DNA of 64,000 nt, taken from contig CM022675.1 in NCBI GenBank assembly GCA_012295275.1, positions 744,001-808,000 on the forward strand, written 5' to 3'. How positions within the stretch are numbered: position 1 is the first letter of the stretch; every line of letters begins with the position of its first letter. Source of the DNA: Chrysomallon squamiferum (taxonomy: Eukaryota > Animalia > Mollusca). Shown here in pieces: positions 12,832 to 26,374 of the stretch. The position numbers and the translations under genes were made by a program. The notes below the pieces were generated by a model. The model did no database searches, had not been told where the DNA came from, and saw only the letters and a program-made list of their open reading frames with translations.

Positions 12832-13439
12832 TTTCCTTTTTTTTTTTTATCTTCTTCATTAGAGATCATTATTACCTGTGGTCAGTTATAAACCTTACAG
12901 TTCATGATTGGTCAGTTCAACTGCAGGTGCAGTGGTCAGTGGTAAAAATCAAAAAGTTTTCATAATTTCCTAAACTCTCTTCAAACATTCATTATGATCA
13001 CCACTTCTCATTTGACTGATAATCATATTAACTGATAATCTTCTTCAATGTTTGTCAATGCCAGTCACTTTGTAATTCACTTTGTATGTTAAACCAGGAA
13101 TTCAATAAACAGCAAGATAAAAAAGAAATATAAAATGAAAAAAGAAAATTGGTGAGGATGATAATTATGTAGAGAGGTAATTCACTTCTCATCAAATATT
13201 GAACAAGCAGATGATTACTTTGTTCGGAACAGGAAAACACTGTCTATCCCCCCATACCCAGTGACTTCCTGATTCATTAAAACTCACAGCAAGATTATGT
13301 AGTATAAATGAAGATCAACTTTTTTTTTATTAATTTAAAAATAAATTAAATAAAAAATTCTTCTGAAGTTAAATGTGTGTAATTCTGTGTATTTGTACAT
13401 ATTTAGGTATATGTATGTATGTATATATGTATCTATCTA

Positions 13440-13493
<54 letters not shown>

Positions 13494-13601
13494 TGCTTTT
13501 CTTGGCATGGCTTTTGACAGAAATGTATAAATACATTTTATTCTGTAAATATATTTAGGTAATTCATAACGCTAAAACTACATGTATATCATTTACGTAT
13601 A

Positions 13602-13632
<31 letters not shown>

Positions 13633-14480
13633 TTATGTATTTGTGAACAATGTACTATAGCATGGACTGTAAAATAGAAACTAAATAATTAGTAAACTGT
13701 ACAGGTACTACACATCTACTTCAGAGCTCAGTACCTGTGTAATGAGAACAGACAAACATTTATTTCTTTTATTGTGGTGTTTTCATTGTTTGTTTTTTTG
13801 TGTTTTTTGGTGATTGTCCTTTATTATTTTTACACAGACATTTATAACTATCAACAGAATATATAAAATATTTAACAAATCAAAAGAAACCTGGAGATAA
13901 TTATAATTTAAAACTTTAACAAAATTCTCTCTCTCTCTCTGTAATTATTTCTCTGTTATTTTCTAATTTTCTCTGACTTTTTTCTCACAGTCTCTGTTAT
14001 TATCTGTTCTCTGTTTTTTATTTCATTTATTTTTTTTGTACTTTTTATTCTACAAAAAGAAAGAAAAAAGACATTTTTCCTTTTTAAAATTTTTACAAAA
14101 GCAAAAATAGAAGAAAGAAAAAAAAAAGAAATTAAAAAAAAAAAAAAAGCCTAAATCAAAAAACAAGTAAAAAACAAATAAAAAAACAGACTCTAAGAGC
14201 CAACAGTTTCGATTATCTGGTGCCAGTTTTCGTGACTTGGTGAAATTTTTGATCGTCACTGTTTGAATTTTGAGATTGTGATTCTGACAGTAGACACTGA
14301 TTTACTGTGAGTGTTTACCTACGTATTTCATTTTAACAGATAACTCACACTCAAGTGTAGAATCTGTTACACTGAGTCAATCTCGCATCATTTCTCTGAT
14401 TGATTTCTCTGTGACCTTTTTTATCATATAGCCAAGAATGCAAAGAAAGGGAATTGTAAAGTGAGACGTTGTAAGGGGGG

Positions 14481-14561
<81 letters not shown>

Positions 14562-14809
14562 TGGGAAAGAAAGGAAAAGAGAAATAAACAGAGAAGTGTA
14601 AAGTGTGTAAAATATTGAAAAACAACAAAAAATACAATAAAAAGAATTTTCTCTATGATGATTTAACAACATCAAGGATGATTTTCTTAATCTTTTTTAC
14701 TGACAGCAGATTTACTGATACAAGATAAATTAGAAAAATAATTTTACAAAAACAGGAAGGAAAATCAAAAACAATTAAGAAATAAAAAATAAGCGCAGCT
14801 GTACTAGGG

Positions 14810-15452
14810 GATAATGGTGACTGTAGTAGTAGTAGTGATAGAAATAATGGTAGTAGTAATAGTAGTAACAGCAACAGTAACAGTAATAGTAGCAGTAGTG
14901 ATGGTAGAAATAGTAGTAGTAGAAGTGATAGTAGTAATAATAATAATGCTAATAGTAATACTAATAACAGTAGTAGTAATAGTAGAAGTAGTAGTAGTAG
15001 TAGTAATAGTAGTAGTAGTAATATTAGCAGTGTTGGTAAAAATAAAGGTAGTGGTAGCAGTTATAATAGCATTTGTAGTAGAAGTAACAACAGTACTACT
15101 GTCAATACTACTACTACTACCAGCACTATCAATACTACCACTTACAATAATATTTGATTTATTAATAATGAAACTAAATAAAATCATCAATAAAGAAACA
15201 AAATAAATGATAAATTCTGAAAGTAATTAGTTTAATCATTTCTATTTTTAAATACAAAACAGGAAGCTGGGTGGCTTTCTGAAAAATTAGTTCTCCTGTT
15301 TGAAACAAATTAATCAACTCAAGTGTTTAATATTTTATGAGAAACAAAAACAAAAAAAGAAAGAAAGAAATAGGACAGGTGTGTGATATTGATCTGTTTG
15401 TGTGTTTGTTGTCTTGTTGTCAAAAACAGAAAATAATGATAATGATAATAGC

Positions 15453-15502
<50 letters not shown>

Positions 15503-15785
15503 TAATAATAATAGTAATGATAATAATAGTAATAATAATGATAATAATAACAGTAATAATAATAATGATGATAATAATAATAATCATAGTAATAATGATG
15601 ATAATAATAATAATAATAGTAATAATGATAATAATAATAATAATAATGATAATAATAATAATAATGATAATAATTACAATAACAACATCAACAATACTAC
15701 TACTACTACCATTATTTTACTAATAATGATAATAATGATAATGATAATGATAATAAGAATAGCTGTAATAATAGTAATAAACTGA
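14810..15785. repeat. (AGT/AAT)n and (AAT/GAT)n low-complexity tracts
   Basis: Trinucleotide low-complexity blocks at ~14810-15150 and ~15430-15780. Confidence 0.85.
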
Positions 15786-16249
15786 TAAACAATTTTAACT
15801 GCTTGGACACAGAAAATCATCCAAGGCATTATTTATTTCACTGAAAGCAACATCAGAGAAATTACACATAATAAAAAGAAATAAAAAAAGAAAAAAAAAA
15901 AAAAAAAAAAAAAATCCCTCTAAGACTGAGACTGACAAAACAGTTATTTCATCCAATGAGAAACAAACTGAATGGAACCAGAATAACAAAACACATTTCA
16001 TCTATTAAAAACATTTAACACCGTGATACAAATAGCTTAGAATCATTCAAGACAAATTCAACAGAACATGAACGCCAAAACCCATCTCATCTATTAAAAG
16101 CATTTAAGATGAGTGAGGTGGTTCAACTGCTATTCAATCAGAAACAAAACAAGGCCAATTTCACTGTGTACAGATTTGTCTTCAAGTACGAGAAAACAGT
16201 GAACAGTTGAAAGAGTAAAATCAATGGTAACTGAATTGACACTCACAGC

Positions 16250-16550
16250 ATGAACATCTCCAGTAGCTGAAAATCAGTTTGATAGATCAGTGAATCTGAC
16301 CAGCAAGACAAACTGAACATTTCTTTTACAATACAGATAACACACACACACACATAACATCTCCAGTAGCTGAAAATCAGTTTGATAGATCAGTGAATCT
16401 GACCAGCAAGACAAACTGAACATTTCTTTTACAATACAGATAACACACACAGATAACACACACACACACATAACATCTCCAGTAGCTGAAAATCAGTTTG
16501 ATAGATCAGTGAATCTGACCAGCAAGACAAACTGAACATTTTTTTTTACA

Positions 16551-16586
<36 letters not shown>

Positions 16587-16669
16587 ACATCTCCAGTAGC
16601 TGAAAATCAGTTTGATAGATCAGTGAATCTGACCAGCAAGACAAACTGAACATTTCTTTTACAATACAG

Positions 16670-16717
<48 letters not shown>

Positions 16718-16800
16718 ACATCTCCAGTAGCTGAAAATCAGTTTGATAGATCAGTGAATCTGACCAGCAAGACAAACTGAACATTTCTTTTACAATACAG

Positions 16801-16852
<52 letters not shown>

Positions 16853-16962
16853 ACATCTCCAGTAGCTGAAAATCAGTTTGATAGATCAGTGAATCTGACC
16901 AGCAAGACAAACTAACATTTCTTTCTCCAATACAGAAAATCACACACACACAGTGAATCTGA

Positions 16963-17003
<41 letters not shown>

Positions 17004-17071
17004 ACATCTCCAGTAGCTGAAAAAGTTTGATAGATTTGAATCTGACCAGTGAGACTAACATTTGTTTTACA

Positions 17072-17110
<39 letters not shown>

Positions 17111-17182
17111 ACATCTCCAGTAGCTGAAAATCAGTTTGATAGATCAGTGAATCTGACCAGTGAGACTAACATTTGTTTTACA

Positions 17183-17223
<41 letters not shown>

Positions 17224-17295
17224 ACATCTCCAGTAGCTGAAAATCAGTTTGATAGATCAGTGAATCTGACCAGTGAGACTAACATTTGTTTTACA

Positions 17296-17338
<43 letters not shown>

Positions 17339-17401
17339 ACATCTCCAGTAGCTGAAAATCAGTTTGATAGATCAGTGAATCTGACCAGTGAGACTAACAA
17401 A

Positions 17402-17442
<41 letters not shown>

Positions 17443-17514
17443 ACATCTCCAGTAGCTGAAAATCAGTTTGATAGATCAGTGAATCTGACCAGTGAGACTA
17501 ACATTTGTTTTACA

Positions 17515-17555
<41 letters not shown>

Positions 17556-17627
17556 ACATCTCCAGTAGCTGAAAATCAGTTTGATAGATCAGTGAATCTG
17601 ACCAGTGAGACTAACATTTGTTTTACA

Positions 17628-17669
<42 letters not shown>

Positions 17670-17757
17670 CATGAACATCTCCAGTAGCTGAAAATCAGTT
17701 TGATAGATCAGTGAATCTGACCAGCAAGACAAACTGAACATTTCTTTTACAACACAG

Positions 17758-17791
<34 letters not shown>

Positions 17792-17905
17792 AACATCTCC
17801 AGTAGCTGAAAATCAGTTTGATAGATCAGTGAATCTGACCAGCAAGACAAACTGAACATTTCTTTTACAATACAGATAACACACACACATACAGACACAC
17901 ACACA

Positions 17906-17941
<36 letters not shown>

Positions 17942-18020
17942 TCTCCAGTAGCTGAAAATCAGTTTGATAGATCAGTGAATCTGACCAGCAAGACAAACTC
18001 AATATTTCTTTTACAACACT
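16250..18020. repeat. Composite minisatellite: ~75-85 bp constant core plus variable-length (CA)n, 15 copies, two subtypes
   Basis: The core AACATCTCCAGTAGCTGAAAATCAGTTTGATAGATCAGTGAATCTGACCAG starts at ~16253, 16356, 16472, 16586, 16718, 16852, 17003, 17110, 17223, 17338, 17442, 17555, 17673, 17792 and 17938. Confidence 0.95.
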
Positions 18021-19411
18021 GACACACACATACAGACACACACACACACACAGACAACAAAACTGATAACACACAAACACGTAACAATACTAATAAACAC
18101 ACACACACATAAAAACTGATAACACAGAAACACACACATAACAAGACTGATAACACACAAACACACACACATAACTAAACTGATAACACAAACAAACACA
18201 TAACAAGACATAACACACACACACACACATATAACAAGACTGATAACACAGAAACACACACACACACATAACAAGACTGATAACACACAAGCACACACAC
18301 ACAAACCAACAGTGACGTCACACAATCACACATCAGAATCTAATTTAGACAAAGTTATTTCCGTGACGACCAATTGACAAAACGTCTCATCCTCTGAGAT
18401 CCAGAGGCTTCCCAGTGTCTGTGTTAAATCTTGTAAGTTATTTAAAACAAAGCCAACTCGCGACTCAGGTACATTCTGTTTCTATTCGCGGCTGTCCCCC
18501 CCACGAAGCTACGATTATCCGTGAAAAGAAAATTAAACAGCAATTCTGTGACTCTGGAATAAAACCAGACATCTCGCTCTAACAGAATATTCCCAGTGCT
18601 GTTTTCTTTATTATTATTATTTTTTTTTTTTCTAAATTTTTATTTTTTTTTAAATGAGAAACATGTATACTGAAAATGAAAAATGACAAGTTTGAAGAGA
18701 GAATTATTTTAGTTATTCGTGGAAGACAAAAATGTGTAAAACAAGTTGTTTTTTATCTCTTCAAACTGTCATGCAGTGTATTATTTTCTTTCTCAGTGTG
18801 TGTGTAATGAGAGGTAAATTAAGTAAGGCATTTATTACATTTGGGGATGTCTGGTTAGCAAGACTGTAGTTTTATGTCTGAACAACAGACACACAAATGT
18901 CCATACAGACATACAGACTATACATATTAACACACCCCCACAAACACAAACATCCATACATGTACAAATGCCTCTACACACAAACACACAAATATATTAT
19001 CCATATATTTACTATGACAAACTCACAAATATATATGCATGAAAACACATACAAACAAACACACAGACAAACATAAACACACCACAAAAACATACAACCT
19101 AGTTAGCAAACATAATTATTTTACTTTTAGGACAAATAAAACATTTAACTCATTTCATGGAATAAAGCAAATCAATATTCTTTTTAATTATTTTGTTTGA
19201 TATTTTTACCAAGAACAAACCTGTAATGTACATTTCTCTAACAGGATATATCAGTCCATTAGTAAAACCATTAAGCCTTTGTTAACGAAACTTAAAACTG
19301 CTTTTAAAATATAGCGAAGTCTCTGATTTATCAAACAATTAGCATTATAATGTTTAATCTGATGTTGAAAACAAACATGAGCTAAACAAAGACACAGAAA
19401 GACATAGAGAA

Positions 19412-19458
<47 letters not shown>

Positions 19459-19491
19459 GCAAGAGAGTGAGAGAGTGAGAAAGTGAGAGTA

Positions 19492-19543
<52 letters not shown>

Positions 19544-22039
19544 AACGAGAAGAAAGGAAAAGACAGAGAAAGATAAAGTGATAAATATTATATATATATA
19601 TAAATTAAAAAATAAAAAGTATTCTCATGTCAGTCATACATAAACACTGATCACTTAGTTGTGAACAAAAACCAGTCTAGTTTTTCTGTGGCTATTTTTT
19701 TTGTCTGTTGAACAGATACTGACAGTCTCGATGAAGAGTTGCAGTCAGTTTTAAAGGAGAGACTCAGTCAATTAAAGGAATTATTGAAGCATTTACTCAG
19801 TGTTTCTTGCTTCAGGCCTCATGGCTAATTCCAGTCAGACCTCTGCACAGTCTGGAAAACACTCTGTGAGGAAATGAGAGGGAAAGACAGTCGATATCAT
19901 CAGATTACAAATACTTGTATTGTTGTTAATCAAATTGGCTGGCTAGAATTTAACAAATGTGGCTGATTGAAAATATAAATATAATCATCCTTAATATTGA
20001 GGCTTTTGTGTTACAGAAGCTTACAGGGTTATTGAAAGAATCTGTTTCTGGCATCTGAATGAAAATTATTAACTTCAAAGCACAATATTGGTCTTAAATT
20101 TTTAATTTTTTATTTTATTTATTATAGTGATTGAAATTGTAAACGTAATTATCATTAAAAATAATCTTTGTGGTGAAGCTTATAGATTTATGAAGGAATA
20201 TGTGTTTGTTGTTAGAATTACATTTTGTAATTTCTAAGTTCAGTAACTGTTTTAAAAATATTTTTGTTATTTTCATATCTGATATTATAATCATTATGTT
20301 CAGATTTAATGAATGAATTTGGCTTTTTTGTTTGTTGTTGTTTTCTTTTGAATGAAGATTACTAATTTCAAAGTACAATAATGGTTCTAAGAATACTGCA
20401 CTACAGGTTAATTCTGTTACTAATAAAAATCATTAATTTAAAAACTTCAAATAAGGGTTTTAAAAAGTTTGTTTTATAATGTAATCATCTTTAATAATAA
20501 ATTGCTGTGTTCGAATTTACTGGGTTTTAAAAAAAATCTGCTTTTGTCTTAGAAAGAAAAAAGTAATTTCAAAATACAATAATGTATGTATGTATGTATG
20601 CATGTGCATTTTTTGGTATGTTTATTTTATAATTATAATTTTATAATTATATATCAGATACCCTTTTCTATTTGTGTTAATAATTATTTATTATATGCGA
20701 AAGTCAATAAGAAATGGCAGATAGATAGGTAGATAGAAAGACAGACCAATAGATAAATAGAACTAGAAAGACAGAGCCATACAGACAGACATTCAGAGAT
20801 AGAGATCGGGACTGACACAGAAAAAAGAAACAGGTTTGAGATATTAAACTACATTTATGAAATAATCAAGTCTGAAGTTGTCTTACACCATTGTGAGGGT
20901 ATTCACGAGGGAAATTAACACTGACAACTGAATACTGATACGGTTGAGGGAAGATGTCTGAGTAATGGTTGAACTGCTGTTAAAAACCACAGCACCACAT
21001 TTAATATCAGTCATGTAAAACTCGTAAAATTCGGTACTTGTTCCAATTTTACATCTCAAATGAAAGTAAATTCATTATTGTAGATTCTTAAACACACACA
21101 GACATAAACACATACAAACACACACACAGACACAAACACACAGACATAAACAAATACAAACACACACACAGACACAAACACAGACATAAACACATACAAA
21201 CACACACAGACATAAACACACAGACATACGTACACAGACAGAGGCACTTTCAATCATTTTAACTATTTGTATTTCACAGACAAAACTAAAAATTCAAAAG
21301 CTTTACATTAAAATTGAAAAAAAAAAAAGAAATGGGGAGAAAAAAAAAATTACATTTTCTGTAGAAGTATCTCAAACATCTGCAGTTGTCTCCCCTGGGA
21401 AATCAAGACAACCATCAACTTTTCAAAACACATGGTCTCATCTGCCACCAGGGGGCACACAAATACAGATTATGACCTTTCTGGTGGAATAATTTGTCAA
21501 GCACTTGCTACTTTCTTCTTCCTGACAGAAATTCAAGTTTTTCTCTGTCTCAGGTTTTTTTCTCTCCTGTAACTTTGTTAATGTGTCCTTGTCAAAAGCT
21601 GTTTCTGAGGATTCTTATCTGCCCATTCAAGCGGCTTGTACATCAATTTGATTTTTTTTTAAAAGTTGACACTTTTCTGCTAACTGGATTACTCCATCAT
21701 AAAGTGAAAAAGAAGATATTCAGCCTCTGTCAAATTAGTTTCTAAAGAGTGGATGTGCAAAAAAATAATAATAAAAATAAAAGTAAAAAATAAAAATAAA
21801 AATAAAAAAAAAATATGAAGAAGAAGAAAAAAAAAATAAAATAAAATAAAATAAGGTTGGAAGAAGACTTTGAATAGAAGTGTTACTTATCCTGAATGTA
21901 AAACATTAAAAAAAAGAAAAAAAGAAAAAAGAAAAAAAGAACCTGAAATTGAAGAAAACTCTGGCAAACAATTTTATCAGTACATGAGTAAATCAACAGT
22001 CTCTCTGAATAACAACAACAAAACATAAAACGAACTTAC

Positions 22040-22708
22040 CCTGAATTCCAAGAACATTCCAGCGAGCAATTTTATCACTACATGACATCGTCAACAACCT
22101 CTCCCCCTGCAGAATCCCATCCCACGTCTGCACCGACCCAGATATCTTCACAGGAATCGTTCCTTCGCCAGATTCGATCTTTGTCCTGAGCTGGCCGCGA
22201 GCTTTCCTATTCGGATGTTTGTCTGCAGACTCCGCATCTTTCTCGTGGGGTGAGAAAATGCGGGCATCGCCGCAGGGCGCGGTGCTGATGTAGAGATGAA
22301 ACTGGACGTTCTCCTTCAGCTTGAAGCCTCCTTCCGACTTGCGGACGAAGATGGACGAAGCGATGACGTCTGGGTTGTCGGAGAGGTGCATGTCGAGCTG
22401 CTGGTAGAGGAATCGCAGGAGGGAGCGACGGCTGACGATCTCGGCGTGGCAGTCGTTCACCGACTTCCCTCGCTCACTCATGTGCTCGCCATTCACACAC
22501 TTCGTTCCTGTGGAAACGCAGATCACCTGAGCGTTTTCCGTGTCTGGCCCCGTTGTCATGACGAAGCCAGCGAGAACCTTCCTGCGCGCATACTGGCTGG
22601 AAAAGTTATTCGTCAGCTCGCTGAATTTGTCCGTGACGAGTTTGGCGACGATGTCAGATCGAATCTGCGGCACTTGAAGAGCACCGTCTCGTGGGACAGG
22701 CAGAGTAC
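22040..22708 (-). CDS. ADAR2: ADAR2 middle coding exon: catalytic core of the deaminase domain
   Basis: Acceptor TTTTTCCAG|GT at 22709/22708 and donor CAGG|GTAAGT at 22040/22039, both phase 1. Contains RRKVLAG, TGTKC, the zinc/catalytic motifs DCHAE, PCGDARIF and MSCSDK, and the base-flipping loop KIESGEGTIP. Confidence 0.97.
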
Positions 22709-22769
22709 CTGGAAAAACCGCAAATTTGCATATTTATATTAATTTAATTGAACTTAATATAGCTAGTAA

Positions 22770-22930
22770 TCAAAGAAATGTTTTATTTAACACTTTTGTA
22801 ATCTATTCCACATTATTTGATTTCACTTAGCAACAAGTTGTCTTTTTTTATATACCTTCCCAGTAACAGGAAAGAACATGGTTTTAATAAATCAGTGATA
22901 AAACATTGACTGAAGCAACAAACGAGGACA
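22770..22930 (-). mobile_element. Degenerate fragment of a dispersed SINE-like family
   Basis: TTAGCAACAAGTTGTCTTTTTTTATATACCTTCCCAGTAACAGGAAAGAA aligns by eye to the reverse complement of ~24228-24279 and to ~56382-56430. Confidence 0.45.
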
Positions 22931-24079
22931 CTACAGTAAATAGTATAAGTGAGATATAGTCAACCAAAATAATAATAATAATAGTAATATAATAATAATA
23001 ATGATGATGATGATAATGATAATAAAAATAATAGCAGTAGTAGTAGTAGTAATAATAATAATAATAGCAATAATAATAATAATGTTAATAATAACAACAA
23101 TAATAATGATGATAATAATAATAGCAATAATAATTATAATAATAATAAAATAATAATAATAAATAAATAATACCAATAATAATGATAGTAGTAGTAATAA
23201 CATTAATAATAATAATAATAATAATAGCAATGATAATGATAATGTTAATAACAACAACAACAATATTAACAACAATAATAATGATAATAACAATAAAAAT
23301 GATATTAACATTTCCATAATAGGTATGTTTATAAAACGTTTGATTCAAAATGAGAGTATGAAAGTTTTGTTTTTTTGTTGCTATTTATAGCTAATAGTCC
23401 AGACTAATTATGCTGACCGGTATAAAACACAATATTGTCCAATTCCTCCAGACTAATTTATCTCAGTCACTGTAATCAAAGTTTTTCTTGGCTCTGTTCT
23501 GCTGTTACCACAGCAACAGAAATGATAGTAAAAGAATTTCATTTCCTGCATGCAAATGGGTAGATTGTAATAAAATGAAATACAAGTCATCAGTGTAATC
23601 ACTATCACCATCACTGGAATATTTATCAATATTATTACTAGTGTATTCAACATCAGTAATATTTTCAACATCAACATTGACATGGATAACTGCTTACAGC
23701 AGAAGAAAATTAATTTACTAATTTAATAAAAAAAATATATTTTCATCACCATATTATCATTAACATCGACATGAACATCAATGTTATGACTGAAAAAAAA
23801 GAGGACAACTTTTCATAATAGATCAAAATATCTGTCAGTGACATGAAGACACTGTCATCATCATCATCATAAATAATCACTCATTGACATCATCTGCAGC
23901 AGCAACATCATTACTGTCATCATCAGTATCATTACAATTGTTATCATTATCATCAGCAGCAGCAGCATTATTATTGTCATTATATACTAATCACTACTGT
24001 CATCATCATCATCCTAATCATAACTATCACCATCACCATCACCATCATTGTCACCGTTTATTGCAACTACACAGCATGT

Positions 24080-24340
24080 ACTGGACTGTACTACGTGGTA
24101 CAGTGGTAGACTGAGGTTTCACAGGTTCTGGGATCAATCCTCTTCAGAGGAATGATTAGCTTTTTACTCATTCCAATATTATCTCACAAGTGAAGCCAGA
24201 TGATAATTTGCGTGCTTTTTTTCTTCTTCTTCTTCCTTTCTATGAGAAGGCTTACATAAAAAGTCACTTTCTGCTAAATAGTGAAAATAGTCCTTGAGGT
24301 GTCAGAAATGAGCTTCTTTTCTCACTATCTCTATAATTAT
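24080..24340 (+). mobile_element. Degenerate tRNA-derived SINE-like element (a possible 3' tail piece lies near 24685-24720)
   Basis: The head resembles decayed A/B boxes (GTGGTACAGTGGTAGA ... GGTTCTGGGATCAATCC). It shares blocks in reverse orientation with 56380-56540 (AGGATTGA[T/C]CC[C/T]AGAACCTGT) and 22827-22878. Confidence 0.5.
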
Positions 24341-25299
24341 TAATGATCTTGTGTAACTACAGATTTACCTTGTGATCTATAATTTTTAACTATAACAGAA
24401 CTATATAAGTATAGATTATAACTTCCCTTTCAAACCTATTCATGATATATTTTAAACAACGTGACTTGATATAACCACATATTTGAATTTTTCATAAATA
24501 ATTACTAATACTCTACATAAAATACAGATTTTTAATTATCTGGATCGATTATTTTTAACAATAAATATGATTCTACAAACACCAATTTTAATTTAACTCA
24601 CAATCTATGATTCTAATCAATAAATACATAAACTACAGATTGTCATCACTTCCTTGACAACATGTCATTATATAAGAATTAAGAGAGTTAACTGAGTGTG
24701 TCATTAAATATAAAAATGTTTTTATTTTTTGTTTTTACCAGTAAGATGGTGACACACTGTCTGAGAGGGTGAACTCAGGAGACAGTTACTAAACACACAC
24801 TGACTGTGTTTTCTACAAAGATCAGTGAGAAATTCAAAAATAAAATCTTTGATGATTCTGATGAATGGAAAAGTGTTTTGTTTGTCATTTATAACCTAAT
24901 CAAATCTGCTCAGAAAAAATCAAAATAAAAAAAAACTTCAAAAACTAAAACATTTAAAAAAAAAAAAAGATAAGAGACAGAGAGTAAATAAATAAAAATA
25001 TAAAAAGAAATAAGAGAAAGAAAGAAAAACGTTTTCTCTTCAGGGATTAAACACTGTCAGTGATAACATGATTTTAAAAACAGTAGAATGAATACATAAT
25101 CACTTTTAAATAAATAAATAAGAATTCAAAAACTTTTAAATGTCAACACGTGAATGAAGATTTGTTTAACAGGAATTAATTCTGTTAATAAGAATTCAAA
25201 CACAACTTTATGAAATGATGTTGTTTTTTTTTTAAAATTTATTTCAGAAAAGTTGAGATGTAAAAATGAAAATGTAACTAATTGACAGGCAGAGAAGTC

Positions 25300-25707
25300 A
25301 GAAAAAACTTACTTCAAAACAGAACTCCTAATTAAAAATGTGATAAAGAAACAATTGGGTATGGAGACAAATAGACAGGCAGACAAAATTTGGAAGTAAT
25401 TTACTTTGAGAAAGATCAAAGTCCTAATTAAAAATAAAATAAAGAAACCAGTCTGTATACAGAAAGAGACAGACAAAATGTAGAAATAATTTACTTTTAG
25501 AAAGAAGGAAAACCCAATTATAAACCTTTGCTTTGTTAAAACAAATGAGAGAGAGAGACACATACACAATCAGTGATAGACACACACACACAAAAAAAGA
25601 GAGACAGGGACAGAAACAGAGAGAGACAGACAGACAATCAGTAATACATACAGACAGACTTACTCTGAGAAAGACAGAAATCCAAGTTGAAAATCTTTGT
25701 TAAAACA

Positions 25708-25789
<82 letters not shown>

Positions 25790-25928
25790 ACACACACACA
25801 CACACAAAAAGGAGAGACAGGGATGGACAATCAGTGATACACACAGACAGACTTACTCTGAGAAAGACAGAAATCCAAGTTGAAAATCTTTGTTAAAACA
25901 AATGACAGAGAGAGAGAAAGAGAGCAAG

Positions 25929-25968
<40 letters not shown>

Positions 25969-26374
25969 TGGGAAAGAGAGAGACAGAGAGAAAGAGAGAG
26001 GGATAGACAATCAGTGATACACACAGACTTACTCTGAGAAAGACAGAAATCCAAGTTGAAAATCTTTGTTAAAACAAATGACAGAGAGAGAGAGAGCAAG
26101 TGAGAGAGAGAGAGAGACACACACACACACAAAGAAGGAGAGACAGGGACAGACAATCAGTGATACACACAGACAGACTTACTCTGAGAAAGACAGAAAT
26201 CCAAGTTGAAAATCTTTGTTAAAACAAATTAGAGAGAGAGAAAGACAGACAATCAGTGATACACACAGACAGACTTACTCTGAGAAAGACAGAAAGCCAA
26301 GTTGAAAATCTTTGTTAAAACAAATTAGAGAGAGAGAAAGACAGACAATCAGTGATACACACAGACAGACTTAC
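25300..26374 (-). repeat. Tandem array of the ADAR2 exon 3' end plus 5' splice site: 5 near-perfect and ~3 degenerate copies
   Basis: TTAACAAAGATTTTCAACTTGGATTTCTGTCTTTCTCAGA|GTAAGTCTG recurs with the donor G at 26278, 26182, 26032, 25856 and 25663 (true donor at 26374). Decayed donor-like sites are at ~25494, 25404 and 25312. Confidence 0.93.

Noticed and set aside
16250-18020. CRISPR-like repeat-spacer appearance
   Set aside because: The spacers are only (CA)n runs, the repeats are too long, there are no cas genes and the context is a eukaryotic intron.
22250-22254. Drosophila-type S>G auto-recoding site in RIFSPHE
   Set aside because: The serine codon here is TCA rather than AGY, so A-to-I editing cannot convert it to glycine.
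24085-24145. Possible tRNA gene
   Set aside because: Only decayed A/B-box-like motifs and no complete cloverleaf; better explained as a SINE head.
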